Part shown: positions 48,901 to 60,545 of the stretch, one piece after another | Layout: each line of letters begins with the position of its first letter | How positions within the stretch are numbered: position 1 is the stretch's first letter | Assembly (NCBI GenBank): GCA_965178125.1 | Contig: OZ237742.1 | Span: 1,240,001-1,304,000, forward strand | Source of the DNA: Bilabrum cf. latius | Taxonomy: Eukaryota | DNA: 64,000 nucleotides | Reading direction: 5' to 3' | Notes under the pieces: generated by a model | The model's input: only the letters and a program-made list of their open reading frames with translations | Database searches by the model: none | What the model was told of the DNA's origin: nothing | Made by a program: the position numbers and the translations under genes

Positions 48901-50257
48901 GCCATAAATCCGCCCACATCCGCACTTCCATTCCCACCTGCGTGAGAGAGCTGCTGTGCGTGTGCCTCTAGGATATCCTCGACGGCCGTAAGCACCTCTC
49001 CGCCTAGGTTCGTGATTGGTTCCAGTCCTGGTGCAGCTCGTTGCCTTCTAGAGATTGCATCAGCGATCTATCGGTGGGCTTCCCTCGGACTTGCTGTTCC
49101 CAGCATGTTCCGCAGTGCGTGGCCCGTCCTGCGTGCCCCTCGCTCGGTGGTCTCGAAGACAGCCCGTCGATCATGGTCCAGGTTGGCAAGGAGCATCGTC
49201 CAGTACTCCTGTCCCTCATGGGCCTACTGGTTCACCTCTGTGCTCCCCCAGAGTGTTGCCTGCATCCGTCCATCTAGCCCCCGCTGTCGCCCTTCGAGGC
49301 GCAGGCTGGCTCGGCGATGTGCAGCCAAGCATGTTCTGGCCTCTGAAAGAGCTTGTTCCGTGGTTGGTCCCGCGATAAGGGCCTTGAGGCTGGCATGGGC
49401 TTTTCCCCACGTTTCAGCCCATCTCGTCCGTGCCGTCCAGGTCCTGCGGTGGCGCTTGCGTGACGCTTCCACGTGCCTGGCCTGGCCGGTGTTTGCCATT
49501 TGTCGGCCTGTAACAGTCTCGGCTGCTGCCGTGAAACATCCTTGCAGAAGCAGTTTGACGGAGGACACGGCCTGCGTAACCGCTTGCCCTGCAGCCTCTC
49601 GGTCAGCCGAGGTTCCCGTCGAGCTTTTGAGGTCGCGAATTGCGTCGAGCACACAATGAGTGATGTCGCGGACTGCACTTGTAGCCTACCCGAATTCCTT
49701 GACGTAATAGTCCCAAACCAGGCGTTCTTGCTGCACATGCATGTCGGACACCCGTGAGTACGCTGCCCTGAAGGGGGCGTCATCGTCCTGCTCCGTTGTT
49801 GCTGGGACTGCAGTTGCTCGCGTTGCCGGGTCCTCCACTTCTGGGACTGTGACCAGCAGGTCTGCAATCACCCCCGTGTGGTCTGAATATGTGCCTGGCT
49901 CTTGAGCCACTTCACTGGACACTAGCTGCAGCTGCGCAGAAGTGGAGATGCAGATGGCATCCAGTGTGTTGCCTCCTCTGTGCGTAGGCCCGCCCCCTGC
50001 AGGTGCTCGGTACATGTCGATCATGCCCATGTCGTTCTCCAGATACCAGCCTCCCCTGATGTTGAAGTTGCGTGTGAAAGCTGCCTTTTGCGTGGCGGCC
50101 ACCATGGCGCTCTCCGAAACCCAGAGCTGAGTCTGGTCAGCCATCGGGTCACGCCCTTCGCCCTGCAGGAAAGAGAATACAAATATTTGAGTCAAAGCAT
50201 ACACTAGTAGACTACCCAAACCGGGGGTAATCGCATTGGGCAGGTCAGCAAACTCAC
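45922..50257 (-). mobile_element. Non-LTR (LINE-like) retroelement or derived gene, single ORF; 5' boundary uncertain
   Basis: Partial endonuclease + RT ORF, structured 3' UTR and (TGTATTTC)x3 tail at 45922-45946. No target-site duplication identified. Confidence 0.7.
46155..50144 (-). CDS. Non-LTR reverse transcriptase with partial APE-type endonuclease, 1329 aa, intact under TAG=Gln
   Basis: Eight listed ORFs lie in one frame joined by 9 TAGs (49686, 49224, 49068, 48750, 48468, 48186, 47949, 46482, 46473), ending in TGA. Motifs PTHRGGNTLD...SDH (APE C-half), KAVGPDGI, FRPI, (TAG)AGFR, FFDIKGAFDS, GTP(TAG)GEILSP, YADD, YLYLG. Confidence 0.92.
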
Positions 50258-50670
50258 ACCACAAGCTGGGCTGCTCCTCGGTGGGGGGGGCTGCGCTGCT
50301 CGCTATCACACCATTTTTCTATCACTGCTTTCCAACACCCGTGCCTCAGCCGGCCAAAAAAACAAAAAACTCGGGAGAGCGCCCCGGTCCGAGCCCAACT
50401 TCCGGCTCAGGTGCCAAGCTGCACCCGAGCCTAGAAGTCCGCTCTGGCGCGATCTCTGAAATAGGGGCAAACCCAGTTTAAACATTAAAATATTCGGCTT
50501 GGGCAAAGTTGCCTCGTGCCGAGCCAAACTTACGGCTCGGGCACGGCCGCCGTCTGCCACAGCCCAAAGTTCCGCTGCGGCGCCGCGGCGCGCGCCGCCG
50601 GAGTCACCATTCAGCTGACGGCCCACCCACTTGTCTCGAACCGATTTCTGCTGTCTAAATAAGCCAACAG

Positions 50671-53600
50671 ATGAAGCTTTTGCAATTATCACTGCTAGGT
50701 GCTGCGATGTGCGTCTGCCGCGCCGACTGGATCGTGCCTACGGAAGCAAGCTCTGAAAGCTACGAAGGAGCTCACGACGGAAGCACGCTCCTGCGGGCCA
50801 AATACGACTTTAACACTGCTCCAACTGCCAATTACGACTTTAGATCGCTCATTTAGGTAGGTGAAGAGGCCGTGGTGGGGTGTATCGAGACGAACATGGG
50901 CAGGGAGGTTGCCATTGCGAGGCTGGCAGCCAACGGCTCGGACACTGCCCGCCGCTTGAGCTTTACTGGGCCTGCCGAGGAAACTGGAACCCTCTTTGAA
51001 GTTCCAACTGACTACTTTCCCGGTGAATCCTCCGGCTGCGTCGTTACGGACTCGTTTATCGACATTGGCCAAGGCCTCGTCGAGTTCGTTTCAACCGGAG
51101 AGTTTGGCGTCCCGTCAACGAACGGAATCCCCGATTTCCGGCGGAATCGCTGGGCCGTCCTGAACATTACTTCTGGAGAGTCCCATCTCATCGGCCTGGA
51201 CAACGCCATGGGCGAAGGGACGGGCCTGGCGGCCTTTGACGCCGACGACGGGCAAGACTACAGAGTCGCTCACCCAAAGTCCAACTCCCACGTCTCGCTC
51301 ATGTCCGGCGCTGTGCGCTGCGTTGGCGTGCAGAGAGTCGACAACAGACTAACGAGTGTCAATTCCAGCTTTTTTTGCTGGGACACGCGCCTGCCCGCCG
51401 GGCAGCAGGTGACCGAGGTGGCTGGGGTGAGCTTCGACGCCTTCGCCCAGACTTGGGCATGGGCCGACCGATACCTCGTGGTGTTCGGCTGGGACGCCAA
51501 CGACGACGCTGAGCTCTACTGGGTGGACCTTCAGACTCCGTCTGCCAGTCTATCATCCTCCAAGCTGTACGACAACCCGAACGGAGCGAGTTTCATGCCA
51601 TCGCGGGGCGCGAGCGTGCTCCTGCTGAGCGACGACGTGCTGTGCTGGCTGGGCGACACCGGTGCAATCGCCAACAACAATGCCAGAGACAGCTATATGC
51701 ACTGCCACATTCTCTCTCAGAGTACCACTCGAGTAGTGGGTGAGGCCTACGGCAGCATCAGCACGATCATCAAGGCTGCACTATCTGACGGCGTTCTGTA
51801 CTTCATGGGAGGCAACACGAACATAATCAGGGCTTGGGACCTCAGCTCGGGCGTGCTCACCAAGTTTGAAGACGTTCGAACCACCTGCACTGGCTATTCT
51901 TACTTCATTTACCCTCTGTCGGACGCCCTTGGGGTGGTATTCAGCTACCAAGAGCAGCAGCGGTCCAATGCCGAAGTGGCCGTACGATGGAAGGTAGGGA
52001 CCACCCCAGTGGAGCTAGACGGCCTGCCCCTCAGCGCCAACCCCCGCTCGCAAGACACGATGGGCACCATGACAGACAGTGGTGACGTCACACCATGGAG
52101 CGCCAACTACGGAACATACCTGTTCAAGAACCTCGGAAAGCCCAACAACCCTGCCGTGCCTGTCGCCGTCGACAGGACCACCGGTACGGCCAGGTTCGTC
52201 GAGGGCACCGTCACGGGCAACGCCGCCCAGGCTAACTACGTCAACGTGAAGAAGATCGCGCAGGTGCAGTACGAAGGTGCGGGTGGAGCAGCCGCTAACG
52301 GAATCCTCTTCTACTGGAACACGGACTCGAGCAGGACCAATTTCGGGGGCAGCTGGCACGAAATCTACTTCTGGGGCGGAGACCCGGCCGTCGCACCCTT
52401 CCCTGTGCTCGACCCCGCTGCAAGTGATAGGTACGCCAGCCTAGCCAACGTTCCGTTCTTTGTGGTGACCGACACCAGCGGAGCAGTCCCCGTGTCTTCC
52501 CTAGCGCTCACGCCACAGCTCTTCGATGACAACGGATACCAAAGGCTGATCGCCTTCCGCCCCGCACTCGCGATTGCGGCCGAGGCGAGGGTGCCGCAGG
52601 AGGAGAAGGTCTACGAGCCCGCTGCTGCGTTTAGCGATGCAGGCTCCATCGGTGGTAGCCAGTTCACGCGCAGCAATGACTCCGCCCTCTGCATGGCCTA
52701 CAGGAACGAGTCCGGCCATCACGACTTCGCGTGCATCGTGGAGGGCCCCCGCAGGCCCGATTCTGCAGTGAGGATTGAGCTGGCCACGGCGATGCCCATC
52801 CACCCTCTCATGACCTCCACCTCCAGCAAGCTGGGCAAGTTCCTGACAGGAAAGGAGCTCACTGAAACGTTCCAGCGGGTGCAACGGCACAGGATGGGCC
52901 AGGGTGTGGGAGCCATACTGTTCGGGCAAGAAGACGGCAACGGTGATGAGCAGATATTCTACTTTGACGGACACCACGCCCCTGTTCTTGTCCAGCACGC
53001 GCAGGACCCAATGGCCCTGAATGATGACAAGGAGCTTGCGGTTGCTGGCGATGGCAGATACGTTCTGTTCCATGTAGAGAGGGATGGCGACAAGGGGTTT
53101 CCAGCCGTCATGGATCTGGGCAACGACGCCACCGTGACGTTTCCCGATGATGGATCCGTATTTGGTGCGGAGAGAGACTCCATGCTGTACAGCAGGGTCA
53201 GCGTGGTGTATGACCGGTATTTTGTGGACATCATGCAGACCGACGGGGAGAGCAACGGCGCCGACCTCGTGGTGTGGGACACTCAAAACTTGGCCGCCGG
53301 TCCCCAGATCTAGGCAGGGGCATCGACGGACATTGGTAACCTGGTGAATGACGACGCTCCGCCGGAAATGTGGCACGCAACTCCCATCATGGGGGGCAGC
53401 ACGGGCGAGCTGCTGTTTGGGATCGTGCACGAGGAAGGCGACGAAGACGATGACACTATAGCAGCGACGTACTTTGCTGGTCGCGTGAAGGCTGCTCAAT
53501 TCGACTCCAACGGCGCCCTGGAGGACATTATTGAGTTTCCGTACAGATTCGCTGGGACAAGCTCTGAGGAGTGGTACCAGGGTGAGGATGGCATGGGGGT

Positions 53601-54714
53601 GGAATCCAGCACCACAGCTGGTGAGGTGGGTGTCCTTTCGGTAGTGGCGCAGGGGCAGCAGGACTGGCAGCAGGCACCGACAGACCGCGCATCTGGAGAC
53701 ACCCTCTCCGTCCGCCTGTGGAACACGAGGGGCCTTGACGAGGAGATTGTGTCTCTGGGCGCCGTGTCGGAGCTGGTGCGCCACGCTTACGTGCTGAACG
53801 GGAGCGAGGTCCTGCTGATCTCGTTCACAGACCTGGACGACGAAGGGCAGGACGAGCTGATCCGGGTGGACATAGCGAACGGCGGGTAGCAGACCCGCAT
53901 CACCTGCCCCAGCACCTCGCTGCCGTTCCTTTCGGGGCCCAAGATGAACCGGGTCGGGAACGAAGGAGTATGCTGGGTGCCCGCTGCAGCCGAGTACAAC
54001 GAAATTGACCAGCACCTGGTGTGCTACTTCAAGGGCAGGGACGCGTGTGACATCTTTGACTTCGCCAGCACAGAGTCCATCGATGGGTCGCAGCCCTTCG
54101 GGACCATCCCTGTGGCGGACCCTGATGACGTCACCTTTGCGATGGTGACCCTCGCAAATGAACCCAGGATGCTGATGGAGCCGGTGGTCATGGCAGTGGT
54201 GCCCCCAGTGCCCGTGGCACTGCCTTCCCCGACCCCCAGCACCACAGCTAGCCCTACCCCCAGCACCAGCGCTAGCCCGACCCCCAGCACCACAGCTAGC
54301 CCGACCCCCAGCACCACAGCTAGCCCGACCCCCAGCACCACAGCTAGCCCTACCCCCAGCACCAGCGCTAGCCCGACCCCCAGCACCTCGTCGGCAGACA
54401 CTGGGGGTGCAGTCACCCAGCCGTCTCCCAGCTCTACAGCCACCAACGGAACGGTCGGGGACCTACTCACTCAGGACACCACAGTCGAGGACGACGACAG
54501 CCTGGGAATTGGTACTGTCGTTGGGATTGCGATTGGTTCTGCCATCCTATCGGCCATCGTGACGGGTATGTGCTGTCTGTTTGGCATGTGTTCGTGCGGG
54601 CGCACCCGCTCCACGAAGGAGAAGGAGAATGAGAAGGACTTGGGGAGGGCGGTCGACGTTGGGCCTCAAGCAAAGGCGAGCACAGGGCAGCCAGCGGGGG
54701 CAGAGGCTGTGTGA
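50671..54714 (+). CDS. Type I cell-surface protein, 1347 aa: signal peptide, beta-rich repeat ectodomain (ELWxxDGT-like), mucin-like PTS stalk, TM helix, Cys-rich juxtamembrane tail
   Basis: ORFs 50671-50856, 50872-53313, 53344-53889 and 53944-54714 share one frame joined by three TAGs; ends in TGA. Recurrent DAELYWVD / WHEIYFWGG / DEQIFYFDG / GADLVVWD / QDELIRVD motifs. TM IGTVVGIAIGSAILSAIVTGMCCLF. Confidence 0.85.
54226..54387 (+). repeat. Coding 24-bp tandem repeat (SPTPSTTA / SPTPSTSA, ~6.5 units)
   Basis: AGCCCGACCCCCAGCACCACAGCT units visible directly. Confidence 0.95.
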
Positions 54715-55905
54715 GGAAAGGTCAAAGACAGAGTCAGCAGGGACACTATTCGGCTGGGCAAGTCGTAGGTGCTGGGTACTGTCGCTGTGCCTGAGTCAGA
54801 GATATGTTGTGCCAGGGCACAGAACATGTGATTATTGCGCCGGTTGTACATCAGCCAGAAGTCTGGTAGAAAGCGCTAGATCTAGCATAGCAAAATCGTG
54901 TTTGAAACAGCAAAGGGCATGTCCTCAGCAGGACGACGCGCCCTGACATAGTCAGTCGCCCTCATCGCTGGCCGACAATTCGCCACTGCGAGCGAGCTGC
55001 ATCTCATCAGCATGAACCAACTTGCCGGCCGCCGTCATCGCAGTCGGATCGTCATACCTCCCTGCGGTGATCGACACCTCTGCTGCGACCCCGGTCTACA
55101 TTGAAGTAGCAGCCGCCACCCGTGTGCGGCTGCAGATGATCTGATCACCACAGCCGCACCACCCACAGACACGAGGGCAACCAACAGCGACTCACCGACG
55201 ACTGCCACGGCCACTGCCAGTGGGGGCAGGGCACTCAGGCCTCCGCCCTGCCCGTCCCCGTTTCCTCCAAGGCCGATGCTCCACTCGCCTTCGTCCTCGC
55301 CTGAACCACCACCACCGGCAGCCGCCCTAAACCATAAGTTCCAGCAGCGCCTCCGGCAGCGCCTCTGGCAGCGCCAGGCGCTGCAGCCACCTGCGCTTTG
55401 CCCAACTCTACCACAGCCACACGGGCGGCGGCGCCCCCCCCCAATGCTCTGATACGCAATCCATTGATCGATAACATGTTGTTTCTAGCTACTTTAAATG
55501 TACGCATTCGTGAAAAGGAGTAAGCATGCATGTGCTTGAAGATGCCCTTCGGTTCGTAGGGCACGCACAACCACCGCAAGCTTGGGTTGGCATAGGATCT
55601 GATGCCGTCTGGTGGGATCGGCGCAACTTCCTTGGGTAACACAGAATCCGGGATCGTGGCAGCTGCAAGCAGACGTGTGCGTGTTTGTGCTAAAAATAGA
55701 ATAATATCATTGATACGGATCGATTAGCATGTGTTACAAGCATCATCATAGCAGAATTGCCAGATCGGCATTTTGCCACCATGCGCACACCCGACGCCGC
55801 GACCAGCCTGCGACGCTGTTCCTGGCCTCGAGCGATGTGCAAAATCTTGGGCGGGAGCCTATCTAGGCATTGGCAGACCGAAAATAGGCATTGGTCCTGC
55901 TGCGG

Positions 55906-56241
55906 TCAGTTCGCCTTCTCCCTTTCCCTCTCTTCTGCGTTCTTCTTGGACTATTCCTCGAACCATTTGTCAAACGACTTGCCGAGCTCTGAGTTGGGAG
56001 CCACGACGGCGATGAGAGACCAGCCACCGAGCGCCGCGCACGCGATCACCACTAGCCCGTAGAGGAGGGTCTGGTATGCGACTGCTGCACCGGAAATGCC
56101 GATCATCGCGAAGAGGGTGCCGCTGGCCGCAGCTGCGTCGGTGTGCAGCACGTAGAGATCGTTGCAGACGTACCCTGCAACACCGATGCCAATCACCACG
56201 AACACCAGCTTCATAAAAAGACTTGGCTTATGATCTTCCAT
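55906..56241 (-). CDS. Small membrane protein, 111 aa (2-3 TM segments, charged C-terminal tail)
   Basis: Listed ORF ends at TAG 55951; reading on gives SKKNAEEREREKAN then TGA at 55906. Confidence 0.7.
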
Positions 56242-56584
56242 GTCCTCTGTCTTTGCTCCTTAAGTCTTGTTCTGGCTGTTTGTATGTGCAAGCATCCTAT
56301 TGCCACCAGTCGCACAACGTGGCACTTTCGGCTCCGATTCGAGAAAGTTCTCGGAATGCTATTGCGTGTTGACGGGATCTTGCCGGGCGACCATTAGCCG
56401 AGAGAGAGCAAGCACCACACGTGACAATAACGGATTGGCAGCAGCTTTCCACTCAGCATTGAAGAAGTAGCAGCACACGACATCACGGAGGCACAGAGGC
56501 TGCCGAGGACAAAATGAGAACGGATTGCGGCTTCAGTAACTTAAAACGTGTGCGCCACAGCGCGACAAGAATCACCAGTGCCCC

Positions 56585-59500
56585 TCACGCGTTGGCTCCA
56601 CCCCCGACACCCCTGGTCCTCCTGAGTACCTGGCTCTCGTGCCCCACAGTGGCATCCCCGGGCCGAAGCACGGGGGCCTCCTGCACCAGGTCGAGAAAGG
56701 CAGCCCCGGACACCTGCCGCCCCTGCCAGTTGGCCCCGACGGCACCGCTTGCCGCTACCGCCTGCAGCTGCGCGCGGCTGAGGGCCCGCAGCATCCCGGT
56801 CCCGTCGTCCGCCCCCAGCTACGGCGCAGCGGCACGGCCCGCCACCCGCGGCACGACCTGGCCGTGGCCTCGCACCAGCACCACGGTGCCCCCCTCCATA
56901 GGGTGCAGCTGATCCGCAGGCACCGTCCCCGCCGGCCCCAGCCCCGCCTCCAGCCGCCCCGAGAGCGCGTGCGCAAGCGCCGCCGCCTGCGTGGCGGGCG
57001 GGCGCACCCACCCCGCCTGTAGCGCCCTTGTCTCCGCCCGCCGACTCAAAGACAGCTGCCTGCTGATGGGCCGGGAGCCAGTGCCCGCCATCACCTCGGG
57101 CCCAGCCAGCGCCTCCCGGCCCGGCCCCTGCAGCGGCGGGACCAGCATCCTGAGGCCCGGCATGTGGGCCATACGCCCGTCCTGCAGCATGTACCCCACC
57201 CGTGGATCGGCCGACCGTGCCGTCACATCAAAACCGGGCTGGTCGATGGACTCGGCTTCGAAACCACTCAACGAACCGCTGCCCATGTCCAAGCCAGGGG
57301 TCGCCAAAGTCCTGCTAGCAGAAGCCCCCGCAGCTCCTTTGGCCTCCTCAACCTCTGCTCCAATGCCTCGGCCCCCTGCCGTCCATTCGAGCTGCAGCTG
57401 CCTGGGTGCACGCACCGTGCTGCGACCGTCCTCGCCCGGCCCTGCCTGCAGCTGCAGCACCATGCTCCCCTCCCTACCCGCGCTGCCCCTCTCCATCCCC
57501 GGGGTGGGCCTTCCCTTCCGGTGCGCCCCGCCGTGCAGCACGTGCTCTGGCTCCTGGAGCCGAAGCACCAGAGGCCCCACCGAATGGGTCAGTCGCCCGG
57601 GGGTCCGCGGGTCCACACCGGCGGCAGAGCCCGCCCACGCCTCCCTAGGCAAGAGGGCTCGGTCCATGGCAGCCTGTGCCTCGTCACCGCGGGGGAAAGC
57701 TGCGGGGGCGGCGCCCACGTCCCGGCGCACCTCCACCCGCCAGAACGACCCCGCTGACGGCGCGATGTTCCTCTGCAGGAAGGCCTTGTAGTGCCCGTTA
57801 CACGCGCGCCCCTGGGGCGTGGGGAACATCAGCACGTGCAGCCTCCTCCTCCCCGACGATTTCTTGCACAGGTCCCCGATGCAGCCAGCGGCCGCAGTGG
57901 GCCTGGCCAGGGCCCGCGGCCTCGCGTCCAGGAGGAACCCCCCGAGCTGCGAGGGAACAACCAGGGAACAACGGGTGTTCCACTCGGCGCCCATGGCCAG
58001 CAGCATGGCCCAGGCAAGGAACTCGACGTGGGTCGAGTCGGGCAGGACCAGCCGACGGGTGCGGCCCAGCATCGGGTCGTGGCATATGCACTCCACCGGT
58101 GGATTGAACTCACGCCAGCGCAGGAGGCTGTCCCTGTCCAGCAAGCCCACCGCCGAGGAGGCCGCCAGTTTGGACGTGTGTGACACGAAGGGCGTCTGGT
58201 CCACCCCGGGCACTGGCCCGCTGCCACTGCTGCTGCTGCTGCTGCCTGGGCGGTTCGATGAGGACGAGGATGAGGGCAAGGAAGGCGCACCGGCGGGTCC
58301 TGCCAGTCCCCCCACGGTGCTGGACGGCACGTCTTTGGCCACCCTCAGGCTGGGCGCCAGGCTCAGAGAGGAGGACCTCAGCACCAGCGGGCCCTTGGGC
58401 ACCTTGGCCAGCCGGGGCTCTGCTGATGGGTCACTATCTGTGCCCCGGTGCTGGTGCTGGTGCTGGGAGCCTGTGTTGGGCTTTCCTGCATTTGGCGTCT
58501 CTGTGTCCGTCCTGGGCGCAGCTCCCATGCTGCTGCGCTTGCCTCCTCCGTGCACTGCTGCCGCACCACCGCGCGATGCACCCCCGGCACCACTGGCCCC
58601 GTGAGTGCTCCGCCTCCTGCTCGCGCGCCTCCGTCCGTGCCCGGGACCCGGCTCGGGCAGCCTCTCCGGGCTTGATCCGAAGGCGTTCCCGATGAGTTCT
58701 TCCAGGGCGTGCGAGGCTGCGTCGGGCAGCTGGGCCGCGGCCTCCTGCGTGCTGGGCGCCTCCGCCCCGCCCAGCCGGGACTTGGGGCGCGCACTCGTCA
58801 CACCAGCGCGCGACGGCACATTCGCCCCGTTCTCCATTCCCTTCTCCGATTCCCCCCCTCCCGGTCCAGTTGCAGCCACCTTGCTGCCCTTGCTCGAGCG
58901 GCGCCTCCCACCTGTCCCGCCTGTCCGGTCCTTGCCTTTGCTCTCGTCCTCGTCCTTGTCATCGTCCTGCAAATCCTCCGGGACGGGCACCCCCAGCACA
59001 CGCGCGAGGCCCACCAATCCCAGGCCAGCCGCCTTGGCCTGCTCCATCGCTGCCTTCACCTACTCGGGACCTGGGGGCACCCTGCTGCCGCCGGTACCAC
59101 TTTCACCCACACCAGCTGAAGCGCCTCCCTCGTTCCCCGATGCTTTCGACTCCGAGTCCCCTAGAACCCCCCCACCCCCCTCCGCCAGCCGCCGCTGCAC
59201 CGCCCTCGCCACCCCTGCCGCCAGCCGCGCCCTGGCGGCATCCCTCTGTTCCCTCCTCGCCTGCGCCGCCTCCTGGTCCTCGTCCACCGCCACGAAGGAG
59301 CCAGCCGCTGCGTGACCCGCCGCGCGGGCCCCCGACCGGTCGAAGGCCGCCACACCCGCGTGCCTCCCGAAGGTGGTCTTGATCCTGCCCCCCGGGGACC
59401 AGCAGGCGGGGCAGCCCACCTCTCCCGTCCCGCAGATCTGGCAGCCCTCCCGCGCCCACAGGGGCCAGTCGGGGCGGGGCGCGGCCGCGGCGGCCGCCTG

Positions 59501-59992
59501 CTGCTCGGCGTCTCGGGCGGCCCGGGCTGCATCCAGTTTGGATTCGGAATCGAGGACCCTGCTCGCCGCGATCGACGAGGCGCCAAGGGTGCTGGCACCC
59601 TGGGAAGCCCGGCGGGAGGCAGGGGCGCCGATGGCAGAGCCTTGCGCACCAGCCGCGATCGGAGGCAGCGCCTATAACCTGTCGTTAGATGTAGCGTCTC
59701 CTTTTGCGACTGGCGAAACGTGGGAGGGCAGAGGCCCGGGAGTTGCCGCAGATCCGTTGATAGCTTCAATCGCTTGCAGCTGCTGCCGGAAACCCCCTTC
59801 TACCGGCATACCGCTAGCTGCCGCCATGCGAGCCTTTCGTCTGAGTGCTTGCAGTTTCCGAAGCCTTTTGTCCCTCTGCCGTCGCTTCTCTTTCTTGGCA
59901 GCCTCCGCAGTTGCAGTCGTCTCCTTGGGATCAGTCTGACCTTCTGCCTGGTGGCCACGAGAAGCGGCCCGACTGCTGGCACCATTCTCCAT
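56585..59992 (-). CDS. Hypothetical protein, 1135 aa, low-complexity, with a CxxC-x5-CxxC motif
   Basis: ORFs 59672-60058, 59060-59419, 56819-59059 and 56585-56794 share one frame joined by three TAGs; ATG 59992, ends in TGA. CQICGTGEVGCPAC motif. Confidence 0.75.
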
Positions 59993-60545
59993 GGCCACAG
60001 AAGCCTTACGAGCACAAAGAATCGAACATGAAATCCTAGTGGGAGGGTTGCGACCCACGAAGCTGAAAATCAGAACTCGACAGTTGCGTGTACCAAGACA
60101 CTGCCATGTAGACCGGACAAGATCGGGCTCATTTTGGCGGCTCTCATCAACGATTTGCTAATAGCTGAGCTGAAACCGTCGAAACTATTCAGTTTAGTTT
60201 CAGCAGACTCGCGTAGCTGTCCCCAAGAGCCTTGTTGAGTGAGATTCGGCCCAGCAAGCTTTTTCGTCGATTGAGGCAGTCAACACGGGAATCCCGCCAC
60301 CAGCGGAGCCCTCAGAGTACCACCAGACCAGTGCATCCCGCTGCAGGAGAGAGCACTAATTAGTAAATATCCAGCTCTCGTGAAAGGGCCTATCGACGGC
60401 ATTTTCACTCCAGGGATTCCGCTGTAGAGATTCGGTCCACCGTTGCGTGGCACCCGAGCTCTGCACTGCCGGATCCAGCCTGAATTTATTCAGTCATACC
60501 AACAGAGCTGGAAGTTCCCCCCCGCTCATATTGGTGGTGCGAGCT

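Noticed and set aside
50851-50862. TAGs as splice acceptors of tiny introns (e.g. TTTAGGTAGGT)
   Set aside because: Frames are continuous across the TAGs without donors or branch points, and conserved motifs span the TAG with correct spacing.
54226-54387. 24-bp repeat as a CRISPR array or mobile element
   Set aside because: It is an in-frame Ser/Thr/Pro stalk directly before a TM helix.
54900-55700. Possible gene or gene remnant (ORF 55235-55642 minus and nearby coding-like sequence)
   Set aside because: Non-ATG start, mixed composition, TGA interruptions in neighbouring frames and no recognisable motif; not supportable.
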